A stretch of DNA of 64,000 nucleotides from an uncultured Acidimicrobiia bacterium (GCA_963719775.1 CAVRCY010000011.1:6156-70155); one strand, 5' to 3'. Positions 1-10,557 are shown, counted from the first letter of the stretch. The notes: generated from the sequence alone by a model not told the origin. Made by a program: numbers and translations.

Positions 1-1713
1 TCCAGACGCGACGGCGGGGTCTGGTGTACCCCTACGAGCTGGTGCCGGTGCTCAGCGGCGGCGGTGGGACGTTCGTCGAGCACGACCTCGACGCATCCAA
101 TGGCGGGCTGGCGCCCGACCGTGCCGACCAGCTGGTGCCGGTCGACCGCCCGCCAGGCCAGAACAAGGCCGGTGTCGTCATCGGCGTCGTCAGCACGCCC
201 ACCGAGCGCTACCCGGAGGGGCTGACCCGCGTCGCCGTGCTCGGCGACCCGACGAAGGCGATGGGATCGATCACGGAGGCCGAGTGCCGGCGCCTGTTGG
301 CGGCGATCGACCTCGCCGCCCGTCTGCAGGTACCGATCGAGTGGTTCGCCCTGTCGGCCGGCGCCAAGATCGCCATGGACTCCGGGAGCGAGAACCTCGA
401 CTGGGTGGCCCGCGTCTTGCGCCGGCTGGTCGAGCACACCCAGCGCGGCGGGGAGATCAACGTCGTCGTGGCCGGCATCAACGTCGGAGCCCAGCCGTAT
501 TGGAACGCCGAGTCGACGATGCTGATGCACACCCGCGGGATCCTGGTGATGACGCCGGAGAGCGCGATGGTTCTCACCGGCAAGCAGGCGATCGACTACT
601 CCGGCGGGGTCTCCGCAGAGGACAACCTCGGCATCGGCGGCTACGCCCGGATCATGGGCCCCAACGGCGAGGCCCAGTACTGGGCGCCGAGCCTCTCTGC
701 GGCGTGCGACGTGCTGTTCGAGCACTACGACTTGACGTATCGGGCGCCGGGCGAGCGGTGGCCGCGGCGGGCGCGGACGAGCGATCCGGTCGATCGGGAC
801 GTCCGCTCGGCCCCGCATCTGGTCGAGGGCGTCGACTTCACGACGGTCGGCGACATCTTCTCCGCCACCGCCAACCCAGACCGCAAGAAGCCGTTCGACA
901 TCCGCACGCTGATCGGGGCGGTGATTGACCAGGACCACGAGCCGCTCGAGCGGTGGCCGGAGATGGCCGAGGCGGAGACAGCCGTCGTGTACGACGCCCG
1001 CCTCGGCGGGTGGGCGGTGACGGTGATCGGGATCGAGTCACGGCCGCTGCCCCGCCACGGCGTCACCCCGGCCGACGGTCCGCCGCAGTGGTCGGCCGGG
1101 ACGCTGTTCCCGTTGTCGTCGAAGAAGGTGGCGCGAGCGATCAACGGCGCCAGCGGTGCCCGACCTGTGGTGGTGCTGGCCAACCTGTCGGGGTTCGACG
1201 GGTCGCCCGAGTCGCTGCGGCGCCTGCAGCTCGAGTACGGCGCCGAGATCGGGCGAGCGATCGTCAACTTCGACGGCGCCTTCATGCTGTGCGTCGTGTC
1301 CCGCTACCACGGCGGTGCGTTCGTGGTGTTCTCGGCGATGCTGAACGACGAGATGGAGGTGCTGGCCGTCGAAGGCTCGTTCGCGTCGGTGATCGGCGGC
1401 GCACCCGCCGCAGCGGTGGTGTTCACCCGCGAGGTCGACGACCGCGCGCGCCGACGAACGGATCCGGGCGCTGGAGGCGGCGATCGCCGAGGCTCCGGAC
1501 GACGAGGTCGGGTTCCGCCAGGCGGATTTCGCCACCATGTGGGAGCAGGTGCGCACCGAGAAGCTCGGCGAGGTCGCCGCCGACTTCGACGCGGTGCACA
1601 GCGTGCAGCGAGCTCAGGAGGTCGGATCGGTCCACCGCATCATCCCCGCCTCCCGGCTGCGCCCGGAGCTGGTCGCCGCCGTCGAGCGCGGCATGGCCCG
1701 CAACGCCGACTGA
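1..1713 (+). pseudogene. acyl-CoA carboxylase carboxyltransferase domain, 3' part (5' end outside window); frame break near 1441-1452
   Basis: ORF 24..1802 is open to the window edge and has carboxyltransferase-like blocks (VVAGINVGAQPYWNAE, ANLSGFDGSPESLRRLQLEYGAEIG, RYHGGAFVVFS). After REVDDRAR it turns Arg/Gly-rich. The +1 frame continues sensibly (ADERIRALEAAIAEAPDDEVGFRQADFATMWEQV...RIIPASRLRPELVAAVERGMARNAD) to TGA 1711-1713. The break lies in a CGCGCGCG run. Confidence 0.8.
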
Positions 1714-1764
1714 ACCCTGCGGTCCCGTCAGCGTCTTCGTTGACCGTCCGACCCTGTTGTTTCA

Positions 1765-1805
1765 GGACATCGCTGACACATGCTGTCCCGGGACATCGCT
1801 GACAC
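1765..1805 (+). repeat. 15-bp direct repeat GGACATCGCTGACAC x2 (1765-1779, 1791-1805) bridged by palindrome TGTCCCGGGACA (1784-1795)
   Basis: Read directly from the sequence. It lies between the convergent carboxyltransferase and relaxase 3' ends. Confidence 0.9.
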
Positions 1806-1894
1806 CTGAGTGGTGGGCCCTCAACGCTGGCGGGATGGCCCGGAGAGAACAAACCCGTCGGCTCCGCCCAGCCCGCCGGTTCCACTGTGCTCCC

Positions 1895-4800
1895 TCATAG
1901 GCCGAGTTCGAGCCCGTTCTGCTCCAGCGTCGGACGATGCGGCAGGGGTGGCTGGTGCCAGAGGTCTGCGGCAGCGCCCCAGGCGAGCATCGCGTCGCCG
2001 AGTGCGCGAAGCCGGTCGTCGACTTGTGGTTTGGTGAGCGTCGTCACGGCGGCTGCAAGCGCAGTGACGGTCATCGTGTCGCCGTTGGCCCAGTGCTCCC
2101 AGGTGTCGAGGGCTGTGACGCGTTCCCGTAGCGCCTGCGGATCCTCGATGTCGCGGTCGAGCTGTCGAGCAAGGTCGTGGTGGTGGAGGTCGGTTCGGGC
2201 ATGTTCGACGTGGTCGCGTGCGAGCGCACAGGCCTCGACCGCTGGAGCGGTCCGACGCTCGGCCTGTTCGAGCCAGTGTTCGGCTCGGTCCAGCTCGTCG
2301 TTGTGCCACGGCATGTTCCTGGCGGGCGTGGCGTCGTCCCCGCAGGCCCACCGCATCCAGGCGGCGCTGGGCTGCATCGAGGTTGAGCCGTGCCTGCTCG
2401 GCAGAGCGTCGACCGTCGGCGAGCGCGTCTCGCTCGGGCTGGGTCTGGTCAGTGACCTGTTGATATCGGTGCTCGGCGACGTCGAGGGCGGCTTGCCGGC
2501 GGGCTCGTTCGGCGGCGTTCTCGGCGATGTCGTCGTTCGGCCTTGTCGAGATCGCGGCGGATTGTCGCAACCAATGGCTCGAACCAGTCCGGAATCGACG
2601 CATCGGGGAGTGACCGGCGCGGCCGGCGCGAGTTCGTGTCGCGCGTTGCTGCTGGGCGAGGATGCGGCGTTGGGTCGACGGCGGGGATGTCGGCTCGGTC
2701 GAGGGCGACGATGGCGTCGAGGACGTCACGAGCTTCGGCGACGTCGTCGGACTCGGTGATGACGCAGATCTCGTTGCCGTCCCGGCCCCGGGTGGCGCCG
2801 ACGTACAGGCCGCGGCTGGTCGTCGTCGGGGAGACGAGGGCGATGGCGGTGGTGACGGTGTCGGACTGGTAGCCGTGCTCGGTGGCCGCGTAACCGAGCC
2901 GGACGTGTTCGCTGACGTAGTCGGAGGGCAGGGTGACGTCGCCGTGTCCGCCTTGGTGGGACACGGTCAGCGATCCGTCGGCACCGATGCCGGTGACGGT
3001 CCACGTGTCCCGGTTGCGGATCGGTTCTCCGGTCGAGGTGAGCAGGCGACGGTCGTTGCGTCGGGTGGCGACGAGGTCACCGATACAGGCGAGCTCGCCG
3101 CCGGCGACGGCGATCACTCCGATTCCGCGCAGATCGCCGCTGGCAAGCCGGGCCGCTTGCACTGCCCGGTTGATCATGTCGACGTGGTCGTTGCTCGACG
3201 CCACCAGCGCGATCGAGTCGCCGCGCTCGTGACTGTCGAGCCACGCCCGTGCCATGCGCTCGAGGTGGCGTGTCGAGCGGTGCCGGCGATGATCCTGCCG
3301 TGCGCCTCGTAGGCGTCGAAGGCGCGGGGATCGCCGGATCGCAACAACAGGGACGCGGCCGCCTCCCAGTCGTGGGTGAACCGGTGCACCCGTTCAAGCT
3401 CGACGACACGGCCGTTGCGGCACAGCTCGGCCAGCAGGCCACCTCGTCCGACGCCCTGCAGCTGCCGGTGGTCACCGACCAAGGCGAGCCGCCAGTCGTG
3501 GGCGTCGGCGAGGCGGACAAGCTGGTGCAGCGCTGGCGTGGTCAACATCCCCGCCTCGTCCACGATGACCGTCGCCCCGGCGCCAAGCTGGAATTCGCGG
3601 AGCGGTGGCCGCTCCGCCGCGCTGCCATTCGTGGAGCAGTTTGGCCACCGTGTCGGATCGCACGCCGGTGTCACGTGCCAGCGTGCGGGCCGCCTTGGCC
3701 GTCGGCGCCACGCCGAAGACGTCTCGACCATGCCGGTGGAGATCGTCGACGGCAGCGGTGAGCGTGCGGGTCTTGCCGGCCCCGGCCGGACCGACCACCA
3801 AGACGAGCCGCTCCTCGCCGGCGACGGCGGCCGCCGCGTGCGCCTGCAACACATCAAGACCGGATCGATTGACCGTCGTCGACGGGGCCGGCGGGTCGGC
3901 CTGGGCGTCCATCGCCCACGACACGATGAACTCCTCTTCGGCCAGCACCGCCTCGGACGTGAAGCGGGGAGCCGTCGGTTCGATCCACACCGAGCGGCCA
4001 TCCGACGCCCGACGATCCGCGGGCTCGGCGGGATCGAGGTCGACGCAGTGGTCGACCACGACGTCGGCGGCCCGCTCGATCGCATCGGCCCAGCGGTGTC
4101 CCGACAGCTGCGACACGGGACGCTGCCGGTCGCAGATCGCCTGCACCACATCGGCCCGGCCCCACGACGACCGCATCGCCGACACCGCCTGCACGACCTC
4201 GTCGACCGTCAGCATGTCGACCTGGCGTGTGGACTGCCGGCGGCGTGCTCGATCGCGTCCTCGAGCCGCTCGACGCTCCAGCCGACCTCGGCGGCCTCGG
4301 TCCGCCACCGTGTCGCCAGATCGGCGGCACCGTGCCCGGACTTGCGTGACCGGGTGTCCGCCGAGGCTTCCCGCTCCAGCGCGGCCCGTTCGAACCGGGA
4401 CGGGTCCCTGCCTTCGCGTTGGCGGAACTCGTCGAGCTTGGCGGCCATGGCGGCACCGATCGCGGCGCTGCGCTTGGAGAACACGTCGAGCAGTTCGTCG
4501 GGGACGCCGGCGATCTCGGCCTGCCCGGTGAGCAGCGGTCCCCACTCGACCCCGAAGCGGTGGGTCAGCTCGGCCCGCAGCACCGACTGGTACAAGCCGC
4601 CGAGCATCCGCTGATGCCGCTTCAAGTAGCGAGCGTCCAGCGCCAGCCAGCGGCCTTCGGCAGTCTGCACCTTGGCCGAGATCACCGCGTGGGTGTGGAT
4701 CTGCGGGTCATCGGCACGCGACGTCGTCTGGCGGAACGTGGCGATCGTCAACCCGTTCGTGTCCGGGATGCAGGCGGCCGCCGTTGGACCGGATGCGGGT

Positions 4801-5196
4801 CGTCGATCCGAACCGCTCCAGATGCTCGAGCGCGGCGGTGACGGCGACGTCGTGGGCTTCGAGAAGTCGGTGGTCGCCGGTGAGCGCCCACCACACCGAT
4901 AGGGACTTCGGCGCCGAGAACGTGGCGTCGAACCCCGACACCGCCCGCACCAACCGGCCGTCGGCCGTGTACCGGTCGAGCAGCTCGCGACCCAACGGTG
5001 TCCCCGAAACCGGGTCACGGCCCGACAACAACAACTCCAACGCCTCGACCTCGACCGTACCCGACAGCCCGAACCCCGCCGCCTGGCGACCCGACCACAC
5101 CCCCGGCACCTCCCCCGGCGCCGCCGTCAGGTACTGCGCGTAGTACGCCGCCGTGGCCGCCGCCGACGACGCGTGGAGGGTCGTCACCCGCAGCAT
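1895..5196 (-). pseudogene. traA: MobF-family conjugative relaxase/helicase (TrwC/TraA-like), at least 6 frameshifts
   Basis: Homology runs through minus-strand ORFs 4708..5253, 4209..5018, 3472..4545, 3174..4151, 2449..3255, 1821..2729 and 1895..2377. These contribute MLRVTTLHASSAAATAAYYAQYL and FDATFSAPKSLS; FRQTTSRADDPQIHTHAVI; the Walker A VVGPAGAGKTRTL; VIVDEAGML and LVGDHRQLQ; YAATEHGYQSDTV; and the C-terminal coiled region. Frames by end coordinate go 0,2,0,2,0,2,1. Confidence 0.85.
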
Positions 5197-5291
5197 CGAC
5201 CCGCCCACGACTCCCGCCCGCTCGCGGGCACCTGTCTGAACGCTCTTCGGCATGCTCGGGGAACGGCTGGCTTCTGGAACACGACGACCCT

Positions 5292-5729
5292 CTAATCCGA
5301 CGGGAGCAGGACGAGCTGCTGACCGGGATGAGCGAGGCCAGCTGCTCGACTGACGGAACGCCTCCGCTGCTTCGGCTGGGGAGAAGCGCTCTGCTCGACA
5401 TCGGCGAGCTGATCGAGCTCGACGTTTGGACGGACGGGTGGCTCATCTTGAACGCGGGTGAGCAGATCAGCGGTGTGCGCGGCGAGCTCGGACAGCGCGA
5501 CAACGCGGCCGGTGCACGCCAGCTCGAGCAGCGCCGCTCGCGGCACACGTAGGCAGTTCCCGAGCCGGATCACCGGAAGGCCGTGGACTCCACCGGACTC
5601 CTCGTAGCGACGAGCCAACGAGTACGCGAGTGTGCGGCCGATCCTCAGCACCGCTGCCGCTTCCTCGACCGTGAACAGCAACGGAAGCTCCGCCGTGATC
5701 TCGAACCGGTCCTCGACCCCCACACTCAT
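5292..5729 (-). CDS. excisionase-family helix-turn-helix DNA-binding protein
   Basis: Internal ATG at 5729 (MSVGVEDRF...). LFTVEEAAAVLRIGRTLAYSLARRYE...GLPVIRLGNCLRVPRAALLEL is a typical Xis/MerR-type HTH, directly upstream of the relaxase. Confidence 0.6.
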   Translation of the reverse strand: MSVGVEDRFEITAELPLLFTVEEAAAVLRIGRTLAYSLARRYEESGGVHGLPVIRLGNCLRVPRAALLELACTGRVVALSELAAHTADLLTRVQDEPPVRPNVELDQLADVEQSASPQPKQRRRSVSRAAGLAHPGQQLVLLPSD

Positions 5730-6070
5730 AAACCGCAACCCAGCCGGCCATCGCGTCCGCGAAAACTTGCGTCGGGCCCGTCGCCACACGTCGCTCGGCC
5801 GGCCAGCCTCACCGACGTGCCCCGTGCACACGACGGTCTAAAGGCACGACGGCGGCGACAGCTGGGACATCGGCCGAGGCCAACCCAGAGGGCTGCGTCG
5901 GTCGATTTCCCGCTGGCTCCCCAGCCTGTTCGGCGCTGCACGTCACCAGGACAAACAGCATCGTTCTCGAGCTCCCCAACGAGGCTCATGCCGCGAGTTA
6001 CGTCGGTGTGATGCGCCCCGTCAAGCCCCTGATCAGCCGGTTGAACCGAAGGAGCGGGACCAATTAGTAC

Positions 6071-6101
6071 GTGGCGGTACACCACGGTCAGTGGCGGTAC
6101 A
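6071..6101 (+). repeat. 11-bp direct repeat GTGGCGGTACA x2, 20-bp period
   Basis: Copies at 6071-6081 and 6091-6101, in a roughly 480-bp stretch with no convincing ORF. Confidence 0.9.
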
Positions 6102-6310
6102 GGACGGACCGCCGGCTGTGACCAAGTTCACACTCTGCCGCAGTTCAACTCAGCAGGCGCCTGCAACCCGGGACGTGTACGAACGTGCCGGCGCTGTCGT
6201 TGTCGACACTCGTCGCTGAAGTCACCGGACCCCGCACACCTCGTCGACCACGACCCTCGCGGAGTACGTCGATGGCCCGCCGCCGGTCATCCACGTCGGG
6301 CACCGACCGG

Positions 6311-6835
6311 TCAGGCTTGGTCGTCTCGCAAGGCGCGTAGCTCGGCGAGCGCGTCGTGATCCTTCGGGCGATTCGCAAACTCCTTGGACTGGATGACGTC
6401 GTCGAGATCGGCCACCCTCACCACAACGCCGACCGGCGTGAGCACTCGCTGCGAGGCGCAAGATCTTCGTAACCCCGCCGAGTACCGCTCCGATCGGGAA
6501 TGTCCATCCGGACGTCCAAGGTGCCGGCCGCGGTCATCCACGTCGTAAACGCGTGTGCGACCGAGCATGTCGCCGTCCAGTTCGAGCGGAATCGCTCGTG
6601 CCTACTCGTCGGTCATCCCTCCCACGCGAAGGTAGGCGCCGAGGGTCACCACCGCTCGGCGAGCCGGTCGAGGTTCTCCCTCGTCGACTTCGGAACGCAG
6701 TCGAGATCGTCCGTGGCGCGTACTGCGCCGCGCGCTCTAGCTGCGATCCCGCCGATGATGATGTACTCCACGCCGTGCGCCCTCGAGCACGGCCAGAATT
6801 CGGGCCGGATCGAACGGACTGGACTCGGCGCTCAA
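6311..6835 (-). pseudogene. nucleotidyltransferase-fold protein (MNT/AbiE-like class), frameshifted with an in-frame stop
   Basis: Hand translation of the minus strand, switching frames, gives FDPARILAVLE.HGVEYIIIGGIAARARGAVRATDDLDCVPKSTRENLDRLAE..VTLGAYLRVGGMTDE(TAG)ARAIPLELDGDMLG. ORF 6311..6568 ends ...VVRVADLDDVIQSKEFANRPKDHDALAELRAL. TTG 6835 overlaps the upstream stop. Confidence 0.5.
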
Positions 6836-7029
6836 TCCTCGGTGGAGAGAGCCCGCTCCGCTCGCTCCCGGTCGAGCTCGTCGAGGAACGCCATCACGGC
6901 TTCGCGCGAGTCGAGCCGCCGTCCGTCCCAGGTGATCGACACGTCGTCCGGTGTCGGAGGACCACATCGCGTGCGCTTCAACGCCTCGAGGTCCCATTCG
7001 CGGCGGGCGGAGTCGCGCCGGGCAGCCAT
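6832..7029 (-). CDS. hypothetical 65-aa protein, possible partner of the downstream nucleotidyltransferase
   Basis: Internal ATG at 7029 of ORF 6832..7488 (MAARRDSARREWDLEAL...ELDRERAERALSTED). Its stop overlaps the next start (TTGA). No family recognised. Confidence 0.3.
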   Translation of the reverse strand: MAARRDSARREWDLEALKRTRCGPPTPDDVSITWDGRRLDSREAVMAFLDELDRERAERALSTED

Positions 7030-7595
7030 CTCCAAAGGATACGAGGACGATCGACGGCCATGGCCCTTGGCGTCGTCGGCCCGGTTCGATGGTTGGACTC
7101 CGTGGCATCGTTCGCCGACGTCGACTCCTTGCTCAGTCGCTTGCAAGGCGGGGCGGGCCTTCTTGTGGGCCGCCGGAGGGATGGTTCCACGCGGACCAGC
7201 TCCGTGTCTGCGAGAGCCGTCCGGCCCTGGCTGCAGGCCGGCGCAGTGGCGGCCCGGCGGCGTCGGATGATTCCCACCGCCAGGCCTGGGTGTCAACACT
7301 GAGCGAGTCGGCGGGCACAGAGTTTCGTGCCGCGTCCCTGTCGCTTTCGTGGTGCAGCCCGAGCTCGACGCCGGCGCGGCGCGCTCTCGACCGTTGGGTC
7401 TGGACGAGTTGCCGTTGCAGTTCGGTATCGCTGGCCTCCGTTGCATGATGGTGACCCTGAGCAGCGGGAACCCTGAGAGACGCTGCACAGCTGTGCGTCG
7501 TTGCGCGTGTGGGCTCGACGCCCGGAACGATCGCCGACAGACCGGCCATCGGCGAACGCCACGGATCGGCTGAAGCCGCGACGTACGCTGACGTC

Positions 7596-7757
7596 ATGTC
7601 GGTCGCAAAACAGCCGGACGATCCTCGCGTCGTCCTGCTCGAGCCGGATGAAGCGCTGGCTCGGGCGCGGCCGGTCCCGTCGAAGGACGAGCTCGACCTC
7701 TCCGATATCACCGATGAGGAGTGGGAAGCGTTCTTCGACGCAATCGAGCACCGGTGA
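7596..7757 (+). CDS. putative type II antitoxin (53 aa) paired with a PIN toxin
   Basis: ATG 7596 gives MSVAKQPDDPRVVLLEPDEALARARPVPSKDELDLSDITDEEWEAFFDAIEHR. Its stop overlaps the GTG of the PIN gene (GTGA at 7754-7757). Confidence 0.5.
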   Translation: MSVAKQPDDPRVVLLEPDEALARARPVPSKDELDLSDITDEEWEAFFDAIEHR

Positions 7758-8192
7758 CAGAAGAGGGCGACAAGCGCGCTTGCATCGTCGACACGATGGT
7801 CCTCAGCGCGTTGCTGGATACCCGTACGCCGAGCCGTGGCGACCCGTACCGACAAGTCCTCGGCGATCGGCGCCATCGTCGCCTCGTTCATTTCGGCCGC
7901 AGAGATCCTGTACGGCGTCGAGAGGGCGGGATGGGGCGACGTCAGACGTCACGCCGTCGAACGAGGATTGTCTCGGATCAGCGTCGAACGCCCGGACGAC
8001 GAAGCGATCGAGATCTATGCATCGCTTCGCGCCGACTCGGAGCGACGCGGCCACGCCCTCGGCCAGAAAGTCCACGAGGCGGACAGGTGGGTCGCCACGG
8101 CGGCGTTGCGCCTTCGACTCCCGCTGCTCAGCGACGACAGCATCTTTCGAGACGTGCCAGGTCTCCTGGTAATGACGTCGGCTGCCCGCTAA
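7754..8192 (+). pseudogene. vapC: PIN-domain toxin VapC, one frameshift near 7866-7873
   Basis: The N-terminal part (ACIVDTMVLSALLD..., frame of ORF 7721) continues in ORF 7836..8192 (ASFISAAEILYGVERAG...EADRWVATAALRLRLPLLSDDSIFRDVPGLLV). This fits the PIN acidic-residue pattern. Confidence 0.7.
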
Positions 8193-8290
8193 CCACGAGG
8201 TCCACGGCCTCGTGGCGCTCGGGCACTGCGCTCCGCGCGCCGCTGTGGATGGTGCGCAGGCCCACAACCACTCGCGGACGTCGACGAGCG

Positions 8291-8475
8291 TTGATACATC
8301 CGTCATCGTTTGATACACGATGCCCGTCGATTCGCATGGTGCGATGCCAACGATCAGGAGGTCCTCGCGGCTCACGACGCACAACCTCGCCGCACCGGCG
8401 CCACGCGTGCCGACCTCGATCGAAGCGACTCGGCCGCGCCAGAGGGCCGCAGAACACGTATCGGAGATGTATCAA
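8291..8475. repeat. octamer TTGATACA x2 direct (8291-8298, 8310-8317) plus one inverted copy TGTATCAA (8468-8475)
   Basis: Read directly. The local patch is AT-richer and non-coding, 120-300 bp left of the tRNA-half. Confidence 0.85.
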
Positions 8476-8592
8476 TCCGCTGAGCACCGGACCGTGTCGC
8501 AGCGTCCGCAACCGTCCGCCTGGTTCGCGTCGTGCCTGCTCAGCGACACTCTGCGTTACGAGCCGGCATCAGCCGGACGGGCTCCAGTCAGA

Positions 8593-8637
8593 TTTGGGAG
8601 CAGGAGGTCGGGGGTTCGAATCCCCCCTCCCCGACCA
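8593..8637 (+). other. 3' half of a tRNA-Pro(UGG)-like sequence (anticodon loop to CCA) with no 5' half; att-type remnant
   Basis: TTTGGGA GCAGG AGGTC GGGGG TTCGAAT CCCCC CTCCCCG A CCA reads as anticodon loop with UGG, 3' anticodon stem, variable loop, T arm, 3' acceptor strand and CCA. The required partners CCTGC and CGGGGAG are absent from the upstream 80 nt. Confidence 0.6.
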
Positions 8638-8688
8638 CATGTGCCCAGGTCTCATCGTGGCGGGCCAGTGGTGCGAGTGGCGCGCGAG

Positions 8689-9651
8689 TCACGTCGCGTG
8701 GAACCGGTCCTGTGCCACCTGGTCGCCCGACGACGGTGTCACCTCCAATTGACGCCACCGGCCGGGTGGGACTCCGTGGTGGCGGCGGAAGGCCGCGGCG
8801 AAGGCGTAGGGGGAGGCGTAGCCGGTGCGCGCCCCGATCTGCGCGAGCGTCAGCTCGCCGGCGCGCAGTTGATCGCGGGCGAGCGTCATACGCCACTCGG
8901 TCAGGTACTGCATCGGTGCTTGACCGAGGGCGTTCTGGAAGATCCGGGCGAACGCTGCGCGTGACAGACCGCTGACGGCGGCCAGATCCGACACCGTCCA
9001 TGTGCGGGCCGGGTCGGTATGCATCGCGCTCAGGGCTGCGCCGAGCCTCGGGTCGGCCGAGGCCCGATACCAGCGAGGCGGATGCTCGCTTTGCTGGAAG
9101 CACGCTCGCATGGCGAGCACCAGCAGGACATCGAGCAGGCGGTCGAGCACGGTCTGTTGACCGGGCGCGGAGGCCGCCAGCTCGGATGACAACAAGCCGA
9201 TGACGTCGTGCAGCGGATCGTCCGCCGCCGCCGACAGGCGCAGCACCGGTGGAAGAGCTTCCAGGAGACCTCGGCCGACGTCGCCCGAGAGCACGTATGC
9301 CCCGCAGAGGAACACGGCTGCCCCGTGGGCGGGGGCCCGTTCGTCACCCGCGTGGCGAGCCTGGAACTGCTCCGGCGCCAGGCAAGCGGCGCCGGGCTCG
9401 TGGGCGACGAAATGGTCGGGGCCGCCACGGACGAGAGCGACGTCGCCTGGCGCCAGCTCCACAGGCGGTCGAGGATCGTCGAGCCAGAGCCACATGCGGC
9501 CCTGGATGACGGCGTGCACGGCCAGTTGGATCGCGCCCGGCAGGCGCAGACCCCAAGGCGGTTGCGCGACTGACCGGGCGAACACGCCGCCCGAGGCGCG
9601 GGCCCTCACAAGCTGACTCTGCAGCACGTCCACTGCATGAGCGTTCCGCAC
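8689..9651 (-). CDS. AraC-family transcriptional regulator (cupin-like N-terminal domain plus AraC HTH)
   Basis: WTVSDLAAVSGLSRAAFARIFQNALGQAPMQYLTEWRMTLARDQL...IGARTGYASPYAFAAAFRRHHGVPPGRWR. Confidence 0.85.
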   Translation of the reverse strand: MRNAHAVDVLQSQLVRARASGGVFARSVAQPPWGLRLPGAIQLAVHAVIQGRMWLWLDDPRPPVELAPGDVALVRGGPDHFVAHEPGAACLAPEQFQARHAGDERAPAHGAAVFLCGAYVLSGDVGRGLLEALPPVLRLSAAADDPLHDVIGLLSSELAASAPGQQTVLDRLLDVLLVLAMRACFQQSEHPPRWYRASADPRLGAALSAMHTDPARTWTVSDLAAVSGLSRAAFARIFQNALGQAPMQYLTEWRMTLARDQLRAGELTLAQIGARTGYASPYAFAAAFRRHHGVPPGRWRQLEVTPSSGDQVAQDRFHAT

Positions 9652-9708
9652 AATGATTTGAGCGTCAAGAGCATTGATTCGCTCGCATCTGCAGGCGACG
9701 CTCGTGAC

Positions 9709-10545
9709 ATGAGGGATCAGAAGTCAGACATCCTCGTGCTCGGCGGGACCGGCAAGACCGGCTCTCGAATCGCCGCCAAACTCGCCAACCTCGGCCTCAG
9801 CGTCCGTACCGCCGCGCGCAACGGTGCAGACGTTCGTTTTGACTGGGACGACGCGACGACCCATCGGCCCGCCGTGCAGGGCGTCGATCGCATCTACTTG
9901 GTCGCGCCGGTGATGCGAATGGACTTCGCCGAGCAGGTCACGGCCTTCCTCGACCTTGCGGAGGCCACCGGCGTCCGGCACGTCACCTACCTGAGCGCCC
10001 ACGGCATCGACGAGGCACCACCCCAGGTCGCCCCGCGAGCCGTCGAGCTCGACCTCATCGGTCGCCGCGCCATCAGCCATTCCATCCTGCGTCCCGCGTG
10101 GTTCATGCAGGACTTCAGCGAAACCTTCCTCAAGCCCGTTGACGGCGTGATCACGGTACCCACCGGTGACGGCGCGGAGGCGTTCGTCGACGCCGACGAC
10201 ATCGCCGCCGTCGCCGCCGAGACCCTGGCCCGCCCAGACGCCCATGCCGGCGCCACATACGCGCTCACCGGCCCCGAGGCGCTCACCGTCACCGAGGCGG
10301 CCAACATCATCGGAGGCGTCACCGGAACCGCGATGAAGCACAACGACATCGACCGCGACGAGTGGATCCAAGCCAGCGTGGCCGCCGGCGTACCGGCCGA
10401 CTACAGCGAGATGCTGCGGGTGCTGACAGAGACCATCGCCTCCGGATTGGGCGCCCGGCCGAACGACAACGTCCAGGAGGTCACCGGGACGGCACCGATC
10501 AAGTTCGCCGAATTCGCCCGACGAACCGCGCCGGCGTGGACGTAG
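9709..10545 (+). CDS. NmrA-like NAD(P)-binding oxidoreductase
   Basis: ATG 9709 gives MRDQKSDILVLGGTGKTGSRIAAKL (Rossmann GxxGxxG). Divergent from the AraC gene. Confidence 0.75.
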   Translation: MRDQKSDILVLGGTGKTGSRIAAKLANLGLSVRTAARNGADVRFDWDDATTHRPAVQGVDRIYLVAPVMRMDFAEQVTAFLDLAEATGVRHVTYLSAHGIDEAPPQVAPRAVELDLIGRRAISHSILRPAWFMQDFSETFLKPVDGVITVPTGDGAEAFVDADDIAAVAAETLARPDAHAGATYALTGPEALTVTEAANIIGGVTGTAMKHNDIDRDEWIQASVAAGVPADYSEMLRVLTETIASGLGARPNDNVQEVTGTAPIKFAEFARRTAPAWT

Positions 10546-10557
10546 ACGGGAGCCAGC

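Larger units (their letters stand above)
1714..8637. mobile_element. decayed integrative/conjugative element remnant (relaxase, excisionase-like HTH, TA-type genes, tRNA 3'-half att-like end); left border undefined, no integrase seen
   Basis: Mobility and TA genes cluster here and nearly all are frame-broken. Non-coding stretches carry short repeats. A tRNA-Pro-like 3' half at 8593-8637 has no 5' half. Confidence 0.5.

Noticed and set aside
8561-8637. Complete tRNA gene
   Set aside because: Only the anticodon loop, T arm and 3' acceptor strand are present. The required 5' acceptor strand (CGGGGAG) and 5' anticodon stem (CCTGC) are not found upstream, so I report it as a fragment.
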